Positions 9,551 to 17,978 of a stretch of 64,000 nt of DNA are shown in pieces. Where the stretch lies: the NCBI GenBank assembly GCA_963771175.1, contig CAVYSY010000001.1:32001-96000 (forward strand), read 5' to 3'. Each line of letters opens with the position of its first letter. The stretch's first letter is position 1. A program made the position numbers and the translations under genes. Source of the DNA: an uncultured delta proteobacterium (GTDB lineage: Bacteria; Myxococcota; Myxococcia; Myxococcales; Myxococcaceae). The notes under the pieces are model-generated. The model worked only from the letters and a program-made list of their open reading frames with translations, had not been told where the DNA came from and searched no databases.

Positions 9551-11296
9551 ATGCGGGCGTATTGCGCGTGCGCCTTGGGGCGGCCCCTCACACCTTTCCA
9601 ACGGGTGACTGCCTTGCTTCCTCTCCTCGAAATCGCCGTCGTCCTGGTCTTGCTGTTGCCATTGGGGCTGGCCCGGCTCTTTGGCCTGGAGCTCCTGGGG
9701 GCTGACTGGCCCCTGGGCGCGGGACTCGTCGTGCAGGCCGTGGTGGGCCTGCTTCTTCTCACCTACCTGAGAGGCGCCCTGGCTCCACGCGAGCGCGGGA
9801 GGGCGCTGGGGGGCTACCTCCTTGCCTTCGCGGGCCTGGGGGGCGCGTACCTCGCGGGCAAGAGCCTGTGGCTGCCCGTGTGCTGGGAGTTGTCCACGCT
9901 GGGCTTCGTGCTGGCGTTCTTCTCCGGAGGCCATCGCGCGAGCACGGTGCGCGGCGTGGTGGTGCTCTTCGCGGCCAGCGGCGTGTCCATGCTGCTGCTC
10001 GCCGTGTGGGTCTTCCTCCCCGAGGGCCCCATGGGCCTCACGTGCCTGGCGCTCGGGCTGATGCTGAAGGGCGCCTTCTTCGGGCTCCACTTCTGGTACG
10101 CCGAGGTACACGCGGGTGCGCCCAACCATGTCTCCGCGGCGCTGAGTGGCGCGGCGGTGAACCTTCCCGTGCTGCTCTTCGCGCGCTACGCGGCCGGGTC
10201 CGCCGAGCTGGCGCACCATGCTTCGTGGCTGGTGCCCCTGGCGGGTGTGGGCGTGTTCCTCGGGGGCCTGGTGGCCTTCTTCAAGGGGGACGTGCGGCGG
10301 GCGCTGGCGCACAGCACGGTGGAGAACGCCAACGTGCTGTGGCTGTGCCTGCTGACCTCCGTGTTCTTCGCGAGCGAGGGGCAGGCGGAGCTGGCCGCGG
10401 GCTTCCGCTGGGTGTTCTACGGGGTGCTCGTCCACCACGCCCTCTCCAAGACGTTCCAGTTCCTCGGGCTGGGCTACCTCTACGAGCTGGCGGGCAGCAG
10501 CGCGGTGGAGCTGTGCAAGGGCGCGGGGCGCGGCTCGGGGCTGGGCGCGGGCCTGCTGGTGGCGGGCGCGGCGAGCTTCGCGGCCATGCCGGGCACGGTA
10601 GGCTTCCTCGCCGAGACCTCACTGCTGTGGCTGCTGGGTCGTGCCTTCGGGCTGCCGCTGGCGCAGGCTCTTCCGGTGCTGGCGGGGCTCGTCTTCATGC
10701 TCATCGGCCTGGTGCTGGGGGGCTCGGCCCACCTGCGCCTCTACCTGCCCATGGTCCTCTCGGTGCCGGCCCAGGGGGTGGCGGCCGACGTGCACCCGGC
10801 GCCAGCGGGCGTGCGGTACGCGCTGGGCGCGGGAGCGGCGGCCCTCTTCGGCCTGCCAGTGGGGGTGCTGGTGTTCCTGGGCATGCCCGCGTCGGAGGCC
10901 GTGCCGCCAGTGCTGCGCGGGTGGTTGCTGCCGGCCGCGGCGACCTCCACCGTCATCGCCTTGATCTGGGCCGCGCTGGCCCGCTGGCGCTTCGTCCACC
11001 GCGTGCGCGCGCGCGTGCTGTGGGACTGCGGCAATCGCTACCGGGGGCCGGAGTTGTCCGTGCCCTCCAACGTCTTCTCCGCCCCGCTGGAGGCGTCGCT
11101 GGCCCGCTACTTCCTTCGCGAGGACGGGCGCGCGCGGCTGGACCAGAAGCTGCACTCCGCCCTGGAGCGGGTGCTGAACCTGGGGCGCTACTGGATTGGC
11201 GCCGTGGAGTCCGGTGCCGTCTCCACCTACCTGGCCTTCTCCACCCTGGTGCTGATGCTCACCGCCGGCATCCTGGTGCTGTTCAACCTCCTGTGA
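9551..11296 (+). CDS. hyfB: Ehr/Hyf proton-translocating membrane subunit (HyfB/NuoL-like); start uncertain
   Basis: WELS, LKGAFFGLHFWYAEVHAGAPNHVSAALSG, LAHSTVEN, HHALSK, MPGTVGF..E, WDCG. Confidence 0.8.
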   Translation: MRAYCACALGRPLTPFQRVTALLPLLEIAVVLVLLLPLGLARLFGLELLGADWPLGAGLVVQAVVGLLLLTYLRGALAPRERGRALGGYLLAFAGLGGAYLAGKSLWLPVCWELSTLGFVLAFFSGGHRASTVRGVVVLFAASGVSMLLLAVWVFLPEGPMGLTCLALGLMLKGAFFGLHFWYAEVHAGAPNHVSAALSGAAVNLPVLLFARYAAGSAELAHHASWLVPLAGVGVFLGGLVAFFKGDVRRALAHSTVENANVLWLCLLTSVFFASEGQAELAAGFRWVFYGVLVHHALSKTFQFLGLGYLYELAGSSAVELCKGAGRGSGLGAGLLVAGAASFAAMPGTVGFLAETSLLWLLGRAFGLPLAQALPVLAGLVFMLIGLVLGGSAHLRLYLPMVLSVPAQGVAADVHPAPAGVRYALGAGAAALFGLPVGVLVFLGMPASEAVPPVLRGWLLPAAATSTVIALIWAALARWRFVHRVRARVLWDCGNRYRGPELSVPSNVFSAPLEASLARYFLREDGRARLDQKLHSALERVLNLGRYWIGAVESGAVSTYLAFSTLVLMLTAGILVLFNLL

Positions 11297-11309
11297 GGCT
11301 GCTCTTTCC

Positions 11310-12191
11310 ATGAATGCGCTCGTCGTACTCATCCCGGCCTTCGTGGCCGTCCCGCTGCTCGGTGGCGGCGTGGTGCGCAAGGTGCGCGCCCGCGCGCAGG
11401 GTCGCCGGGGTCCTCCGGTGCTGCAGAACCTCTTCGACCTGATGCGGCTGCTGAGGAAGCAGCCGGTGGACGGCCCGTACTCGGGCTTCTTCGCCGAGGT
11501 GTCCCCGGCGCTGGCGCTGCTGGCGGCGGTGGGCACCTGGTCCGTGGTGCTCTTCGGCTGGGCGCCGCCGCTGCTGGCCGTCTTCCTGCTGGTGCTGCAG
11601 TACGTGGCCACGCTCGCCTTCGCGATGGAGACGGGCACCAGCTTCGGTGGCCTGGGCGCCAGTCGCGAGGTGCTGCTGTCGGTGCTGGCCAAGCCCTGCC
11701 TGCTGTTGGCGATGATGCTGGCGGAGGCGCGGCTGCCCCGCATGAGCCTGGTGGAGGGCGCGCTGCTGGAGGCGCTGATGCTGGGGGCCGTCGGAGTGGC
11801 GCTGCTGGCGGAGATGGCGCGTCCGCCCTTCGATGACCCGCGCACGCACCTGGAGCTGACCATGGTGCACGAGGCCATGCTGCTGGAGGCCTCGGGCCGA
11901 AGCCTGGGCCTCTTCGAGCTGGCCAACCAGGTGAAGCTGGCGGCGCTGCTGTGTCTGCCCGTGCGCATCCTGCTGCGCCACGGCCAGGCCCTCGCCGGCG
12001 TGGCCCTGCCCGGCGTGCTGGAGGGCGTGCTCCTGGTGGGGTTGACGCTGGGGGCCGCGGCGATGCTCGGTTACTGGGAGGCGGTGAGCGTGCGCCGCAA
12101 GTGGACGTGGAACGCGGAGCTCCTGGGCCTGTCGCTGCTGCTGCTGGTGCTGGCCGCTTCGCTCCTCACCTTCTACCCGGAGGCCGTATGA
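11310..12191 (+). CDS. hyfC: Ehr/Hyf membrane subunit (HyfC/HycD, NuoH-like)
   Basis: KVRARAQGRRGPP, FGGLGASRE, R.PFDDP.THLELTMVHEAMLLEASG. Confidence 0.88.
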   Translation: MNALVVLIPAFVAVPLLGGGVVRKVRARAQGRRGPPVLQNLFDLMRLLRKQPVDGPYSGFFAEVSPALALLAAVGTWSVVLFGWAPPLLAVFLLVLQYVATLAFAMETGTSFGGLGASREVLLSVLAKPCLLLAMMLAEARLPRMSLVEGALLEALMLGAVGVALLAEMARPPFDDPRTHLELTMVHEAMLLEASGRSLGLFELANQVKLAALLCLPVRILLRHGQALAGVALPGVLEGVLLVGLTLGAAAMLGYWEAVSVRRKWTWNAELLGLSLLLLVLAASLLTFYPEAV

Positions 12192-12814
12192 GCGCCGACT
12201 TCGCGCACCTGCTCATCCTGTTGGTGGGCGTCATCATCCTGTTGGAGAACCGGCTGCGGCGCGTGGTGCTGCTGTCCGGCGTGCAGGGAGCCCTGCTGCT
12301 CATCCCCCTGCTGTTGAACCGCTCCGGCGAGCTGCACGGGGCCCACCTCTGGGGGCTGGTGGCCCTGATCATCGTCTTCAAGGCGGTGTTCACGCCCACC
12401 GTGCTGATGTGGTCCCTGCGGCGGCTGGGCCTGCCGGAGAACACCGGGCCCCGTCTGGGCTTCCTGCCCACGCTGCTGATGGTGCTCGGGGGCCTCGCCG
12501 CGGCGGGGGCGGCGCTGGCGCGCGTGGACGTCGCCTCGGTGGGCCTGAGCCGGCCGGCACTCGTCTACACGCTGCTGGTCATCTTCGTGGGGGCGCTCAC
12601 CTTCATCGTCCGGACGATGTGGGTGCCGCTCATCGTGGGCTTCGTCGTTTTCGAGAATGGCATCTTCCTGTTGACCCTGCAGCTCGGGACGAACCTGCCG
12701 CTGGGCATCGAGCTGGGGGCCTTCGTGGACACCCTCTTGGTGCTGGTGGCGGCGGCAACGCTGCAGGTCTGGTCCCGTACGCACCCTGGCGCCGAGGCGC
12801 CCCGGCTGCCCTGA
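12188..12814 (+). CDS. hyfE: Ehr/Hyf small membrane subunit (HyfE-like)
   Basis: ATGA overlap with the upstream stop; QG..L, K...P, GFVVFENG, P...ELG...D. Confidence 0.8.
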   Translation: MSADFAHLLILLVGVIILLENRLRRVVLLSGVQGALLLIPLLLNRSGELHGAHLWGLVALIIVFKAVFTPTVLMWSLRRLGLPENTGPRLGFLPTLLMVLGGLAAAGAALARVDVASVGLSRPALVYTLLVIFVGALTFIVRTMWVPLIVGFVVFENGIFLLTLQLGTNLPLGIELGAFVDTLLVLVAAATLQVWSRTHPGAEAPRLP

Positions 12815-12825
12815 GGAACCCCGCA

Positions 12826-14028
12826 ATGGAATTCATCGGCTTCCTGGTGCTGAGCGCCATCGTCTTCCTGGCCCTCCTGGTCAACTTCGTCTTCGGCTCC
12901 TCGCGCACGCACCGCGGACTGGGGCTGTGGCTGCTGCTCTTCCTGCTGCTGGGCGGCGCCATCGCCACCTCGTGGTTCCTGACGGACTCCATCCTGCGGT
13001 GGGTGGTCATCGAGCTGAGCACGCTGCTGGGCGCGCTGCTCATCTCCATGACGCGCTCGCGGCGCGCGCTGGACGTGGCGTGGAAGTTCCTGCTCATCAA
13101 CTCCTTCGGACTGGGCATCGCCTTCCTGGGGCTCATCGTCCTGCTCTTCGCCAGCGGCACGCCGGACAGCCGGCAGGTCTTCCTGCTGCCGCTGGGCACT
13201 CCGCGCTCGGTGGTGCTGATGGAGGTGGGGCTGTGGCTCGCGGTGTTCGGCTACTCGGCCAAGCTGGGCCTCTTTCCCAACCACTTCTGGGTGGGGGATA
13301 CCTACGCGGAGGCGCCCAACCAGGTGGCGGCGCTGCTGGCGGCCTTCATCCCGGTGGCCGTCTGCGTCCCCCTGCGCAACCTGTTGGACCTGGACCGGGC
13401 GCTGCACGTGGGGCGCATCAGCGCGTCCGACGGCCTGCTGCTGCTGGGCGTGCTCACCATGCTCTACAGCGTGTGGACGCTGTACCAGACGCACGACCTG
13501 GACCGGGTGGGCGCGCTGGTGGGCCTCTTCCACAGCGGCGCGCTGGCGGTGGTGCTGTGGTTCCGCCCGGATGACCGCATCTTCTGGTTCCTCATGGCCA
13601 GCAACGTGGTGATGAAGGCGGTGCTCTTCACCAGCCTGGGAGCGCTGCGCTTCCACGTGAGGGACCACCGGCTGGAGGGACTGGGCGCGGTCCCCCGGAG
13701 CGCGCTGTGGCTCTTCCTGCTGGCGCTGGCGTGTGCCTTCGTGCTGCCGCTGTCACCGGTGTTCGTCTCGGACATGCTGCTGGTGCGCGCGGGCTCGCTG
13801 GGCGGGCGGCTGTGGGCGCTGGCGGTACCGGCGCTGGGCCTGGCCTTCTTCGCGGTGGGCCTGGGCAAGGTGCTGCCCATGACTGCGCTGGGGCAGCTCG
13901 ATGTCTCCGGAGAGGGCGCCGCCGCCTTCCGGACGCGCCTGGGCCTGAGCGTGGCCCTGCTGGCCCTCACGGTGGCGCTCGGCGTCTGGGGCCTCATCCA
14001 TTTCCCGATTGGAGGTTTTGGCCTGTGA
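12826..14028 (+). CDS. hyfF: Ehr/Hyf antiporter-like subunit (HyfF-like)
   Basis: WVVIE.STL, AWKFLLI, GYSAKLGLFPNHFWVGDTYAEAP. Confidence 0.82.
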   Translation: MEFIGFLVLSAIVFLALLVNFVFGSSRTHRGLGLWLLLFLLLGGAIATSWFLTDSILRWVVIELSTLLGALLISMTRSRRALDVAWKFLLINSFGLGIAFLGLIVLLFASGTPDSRQVFLLPLGTPRSVVLMEVGLWLAVFGYSAKLGLFPNHFWVGDTYAEAPNQVAALLAAFIPVAVCVPLRNLLDLDRALHVGRISASDGLLLLGVLTMLYSVWTLYQTHDLDRVGALVGLFHSGALAVVLWFRPDDRIFWFLMASNVVMKAVLFTSLGALRFHVRDHRLEGLGAVPRSALWLFLLALACAFVLPLSPVFVSDMLLVRAGSLGGRLWALAVPALGLAFFAVGLGKVLPMTALGQLDVSGEGAAAFRTRLGLSVALLALTVALGVWGLIHFPIGGFGL

Positions 14029-15411
14029 GTGATTCTGCCTCCCTCATTACGGGTGTCTTCCGCCGCGAGCATGGCGGCGCATGGCACCTCTATTCGCTGA
14101 CGGACCGGGCGCTATCCTCGGAGGTGGTGTCCGCCACGGACCCCGAGGCGCTCGTGTCCGAGCGCCACATCCCCACATGGCTGTGGCGGCACTCGGTGGG
14201 GGTGCCCCACGGGCCCGAGGACCTGCGGACCCCCTCGGAGTCCCAGGGCCCGCCGGGCAATCTGGAGTACGCGGGACTCCAGGTGTCGGTGAGCCCGCGG
14301 GGCTATTCGCACGCGGTGGGCCCCATCCACGCGGGCGTCATCGAGCCGGGTCACTTCCGCTTCTCGTTGGAGGGCGAGGTCATCCAGTCGCTGAACATCC
14401 GCCTGGGCTTCCAGCACCGCGGGGTGCGGCGGCTGATGGAGGGCCAGCCTCCGCTGCGGGTGATGCCGCTGGCCGAGTGCATCAGCGGTGACAGCACGGT
14501 GGCCTATGGCCTCGCCTTCAGCCGGCTGTACGAGGAGGCGGCGGGGTGGGGCGTGTCGCCCGAGGTGGAGCTGCTGCGTCTGGTGATGTTGGAGCTGGAG
14601 CGGGTGGCCATCCATGTGGGGGACATCGGCGCCATGGCGGGGGATATCGGCTTCTACCCGCTGCTCGGCCTGTGCAGCACGGACCGGGGCGTGGCGCTGG
14701 GCGCGCTGGAGACGCTCACCGGCTCGCGCTTCGGGCGTGGAGCGCTCTGGCCGGGCGAGGTGCGGTTGAGCCGCAAGCTGACGCGGGAGGATCTCCAGCC
14801 GACGGCGCGGCGGCTGCTGGACATGTGGGCCCGGGTGGAGGACCAGGCGCAGCGGGCGCTCGATGACTCCACGGTCCGCGAGCGCCTGCAGGGCTGCGGC
14901 CGGCTCACGCGGGAGCAGGTGCTGGAGAATGGCTTCGTGGGCATGGCCGCGCGGTGCACGGGCCTGAAGCGGGACCTGCGCCTCGCCGAGCCGCTGTACC
15001 GGGACGGCGCGGGAGCGTCGTTGGAGCTGGCGCCAGACGCCGCGCTGATGCAGGGGGATGCGTACTCGCGCTTCGCGCTCCGGGTGGAGGAGGTGCGCCA
15101 CAGCGTGGAGTGGCTGGCGGCGGTGCTGCCCCGGCTGGACGTGACGTGTGGCGGCCAGGGCCCGTCTGCGCGTCATGGAGCGGCTCGACTGGAAGCCGGG
15201 CGTGTATGCGAAGGCGGTGGAGGGCTGGCGCGGCCCGGTGCTGGTGGCGCTGGACCTCGATGGGGAGGGGCGCGTGCGGCAGAGCTACCTGCGCGATCCG
15301 TCCGTCCTCAACTGGCATGCGTTGGAGTTGGTGGTGCGCTCGGAGCTCATCGGCGACTTCCCGCTCAACAACAAGTCCTTCAACCTCAGCTATGCGGGGG
15401 TGGATCTCTGA
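14025..15411 (+). CDS. Ehr large subunit (HyfG/HycE/NuoD-like) lacking NiFe-binding CxxC motifs; one frameshift near 15150
   Basis: VGPIHAGVIEPGHFRF, HRG, AECISGDS, ELERVAIH. The C-terminus continues in another frame as VEGWRG, RDPS..NW, DFPLNNKSFNLSYAGVDL. Confidence 0.85.
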
Positions 15412-16265
15412 TGTCGATCTTCGAGTGGAAGAACTTCTTCTCCCGGCCGGCCACGCAGGATTACGCGAAGGCCTCGCCGGTGCAGGCGCGGGCTCGCGGG
15501 GTGCCCGTGCCGGTGCGCGATGCGGCGGGCTCGTGCGCGGACTGTGGGGTATGCGAGCGTGTCTGCCCCTCGCGGGCGGTGAAGGTGGAGGGCTCGCGGG
15601 CGCTCGCCTTCGACTATGGCGCGTGCCTGCAGTGCGGGCTGTGCGTGCGGGTCTGTCCGGAGCAGCGGCTGGAGGACTCGGGGCTGACGTACGCCTTCGC
15701 TCTCGAGCGGGACACGCTGAAGGTGACGTTCGACGGCTGCGACTTCGAGCCACGCGCGGAGCCGGTGCCGGAGAACGTGGAGCGCTTCCGGACGCTGACG
15801 GGGGGCCGGGGCCTCAACTACCGCGAGGTGGCGGCGGGCAACAACACGGTGGAGTGCGAGCTCAACGCGAGCTTCAACAACGTGTTCGACAGCGAGTCGC
15901 TGGGCATCCGGAGCGTGGCCTCGCCGAAGCACGCGGACGTGGTGCTGTTCTCGGGGCCGGTGGGGCCGAACATGGTGGGGCCCCTGCGGACGGCCTGGGA
16001 CGTGATGCCGGAGCCGAAGGCGCTGGTGGCCTGTGGCACCGAGGCGGTGAGCGGAGGCCTGTTCCCCATGGGCGAGCGGCCGAAGACACCGGACCTGTTC
16101 ATCGCGGGGGACCCGCCGAGACCGGACACGGTGCTCAACGCGCTGCGCTACCTGATGGGGAGGATGAAGTACTCCTTCCAGCACGCGCTGCGGGACCGGG
16201 TAGCGGAGCTGCGCCAGCCGTCGGGCCTCCCGGCAGGACAGGCACATCGGGGCTCTCGCTCCTGA
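15411..16265 (+). CDS. Fused 2x[4Fe-4S] ferredoxin (HyfH/NuoI-like) + HyfI/NuoB-like small subunit with degenerate cluster ligands
   Basis: CADCGVCERVCP and CLQCGLCVRVCP; ASPKHADVVLFSGPV, PEPK; TGATG overlap with the large-subunit stop. Confidence 0.87.
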   Translation: MSIFEWKNFFSRPATQDYAKASPVQARARGVPVPVRDAAGSCADCGVCERVCPSRAVKVEGSRALAFDYGACLQCGLCVRVCPEQRLEDSGLTYAFALERDTLKVTFDGCDFEPRAEPVPENVERFRTLTGGRGLNYREVAAGNNTVECELNASFNNVFDSESLGIRSVASPKHADVVLFSGPVGPNMVGPLRTAWDVMPEPKALVACGTEAVSGGLFPMGERPKTPDLFIAGDPPRPDTVLNALRYLMGRMKYSFQHALRDRVAELRQPSGLPAGQAHRGSRS

Positions 16266-16450
16266 GTGCAATCCGTGCACGAGCCACTCGCGGGCTGTCT
16301 CCAGGACGCAGGATGTGCAGGGCACTTGTTCCTGAGCGCAGTGCCCATGTCGCTGGCCTGGGTGATGCAGTGAACTCCGGGCGAGTGGCGAGGACATGAT
16401 GCGGGTCCTGCCGCCTGTCGTGTCACGCGACGCATAGCGGAGAAATGGTC

Positions 16451-16663
16451 ATGATGCGCAACGAAGCTGGCTGGGACCGGGCGGCGCGGGTGCTGGTGGG
16501 GATTGTGGGTCTGTCGATGGTGTTCCTGGGGCCGAAGACGTGGTGGGGGCTGATCGGGTTGATTCCGCTGCTCACGGGGCTCATCGGTTACTGCCCGCTC
16601 TACCAGCTGTTCGGCTTCAGCTCGTGCCCCGTCAAGGCGCTGCGGGAGACTCCGCCCAGGTAA
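16451..16663 (+). CDS. DUF2892 (YgaP-like) membrane protein
   Basis: N....DR..R, two TMs, PLLTGLIGYCPLYQLFG.SSC. Confidence 0.88.
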   Translation: MMRNEAGWDRAARVLVGIVGLSMVFLGPKTWWGLIGLIPLLTGLIGYCPLYQLFGFSSCPVKALRETPPR

Positions 16664-16837
16664 ACCCCCACCGCGAGCCGCCCCGACGCAGGTTCTGCGT
16701 GCGAGGGGGCTCGCGGACGCCGCTCCCGCAATCCTTGCGTGTCCGGAGGGGCGGATGGTTGATGAGTGGACAGGCACGAGGACTGCAACGTCCCGGGTGG
16801 GCCCAGCGCACTGGTGCCCGAATCCAAGGAGGTTTTT

Positions 16838-17224
16838 GTGAGCATCAAATGGATGGGCGCGATGTTGGCGCTCGTGGTGGGCCCGACTGCATGGGCCGCG
16901 GCGCCGAAGTCCACGCCGGCGCTGATGGCGAAGGGCAAGGCCTCGTACGCCACCAACTGCCTCGCGTGTCATGGCGAGAAGGGCGAGGGCAACGGCCCGA
17001 CGGGTCAGTACCTGGCCCCGAAGCCGCGCAACTTCGTGGCCGAGCCCTTCAAGAAGGGCAACAAGCCGGAGGAGGTCTTCAAGAGCATCACCGACGGCCT
17101 CCAGGGCAGCACGATGGTGTCCTTCGCCAAGCTTCCCGAGGAGGAGCGCTGGGCGCTCGCCTACTACGTGCTCGACTTCCAGCCGAAGGCGAAGCCGGCC
17201 CCCGCGAAGAAGGGCAAGAAGTAG
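16838..17224 (+). CDS. Monoheme c-type cytochrome, secreted
   Basis: AAGGAGG RBS; signal peptide ending AWA; CLACHG, PKPRNF, distal Met (STMVSF). Confidence 0.92.
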   Translation: MSIKWMGAMLALVVGPTAWAAAPKSTPALMAKGKASYATNCLACHGEKGEGNGPTGQYLAPKPRNFVAEPFKKGNKPEEVFKSITDGLQGSTMVSFAKLPEEERWALAYYVLDFQPKAKPAPAKKGKK

Positions 17225-17424
17225 TCACGAGGCCGCACCGGCCCGGTTTCCCTGGTGCCTGGGGGGGAGCACCGGGGCACGGCAGGCGGGGCTGAGTTGC
17301 GATGGGCGGCCTGACGCCGGAGAGCGCGCTGGTGCCTCCAGCGCTCCCTGGACGGCTGCCTGGAGATTCGCGGGGGCCTCCTGGATGGGCCGTGGCGCCA
17401 GCTTCTGGGAGAACACGAACCTTC

Positions 17425-17970
17425 TCACGGTGGAGCGGATGCCTCGGGGATGCACTCGTTCGCGCCGTTGCAGACGTAACCGGGCGCGCATTCCAGCTCA
17501 TCAGCCCGACAGTAGGGTTCGCATTCCCCGACTGCGACATCACACACATAGCCCCCACAGAGGGGGTCCCCGCGGCTCGTGCACTTCCTCACGCATTCGT
17601 TCGTGTCGCCGCGACAGTAGAACCCGTCCGCGCAGGGGCCCAATGCGCAATCAGGAGCACATTTCCCCTTCACACACGCATAGCCGCCGCACAGCGTCGC
17701 AGCGGTGTCCTGGGTGCACTCCGTGCCCACGCAGAACCCCGCTTCACAGACATGGCCCTGCGTGCACTCGGCGGAGCTCGTGCACATCGTCAGGCAGGCT
17801 CCATAGTGGGAATCGCACGTGTAGGGCGCACAGAGCTCGACCGAACAGCCCGGTGCGTCGCCCGTCGAACCGTCCCCCTGCTCGTTCGAGGAGGGGGACG
17901 ACCCGTTCGCGTCACATCCCGCGAGCACGCCGAGCATCAATGAGAGTGACCACAATGACGCCGCGGGCAT
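17425..17970 (-). CDS. Cys-rich lipoprotein with CxxYxC repeats
   Basis: Lipobox LAGC; more than 20 Cys in repeated C.PYTC / CGGY.C units. Confidence 0.75.
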   Translation of the reverse strand: MPAASLWSLSLMLGVLAGCDANGSSPSSNEQGDGSTGDAPGCSVELCAPYTCDSHYGACLTMCTSSAECTQGHVCEAGFCVGTECTQDTAATLCGGYACVKGKCAPDCALGPCADGFYCRGDTNECVRKCTSRGDPLCGGYVCDVAVGECEPYCRADELECAPGYVCNGANECIPEASAPP

Positions 17971-17978
17971 GGCTGCTT

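Noticed and set aside
13707..16265. 852-aa ORF suggesting a large-subunit/ferredoxin/small-subunit fusion
   Set aside because: It arises from a frameshift near 15150. The true large-subunit C-terminus lies in ORF 15148-15411 and ends in a TGATG overlap with the next gene.
9551..16265. Functional NiFe hydrogenase-4 / formate hydrogenlyase
   Set aside because: NiFe-binding cysteines are absent, and no maturation or fdh genes occur in the window.
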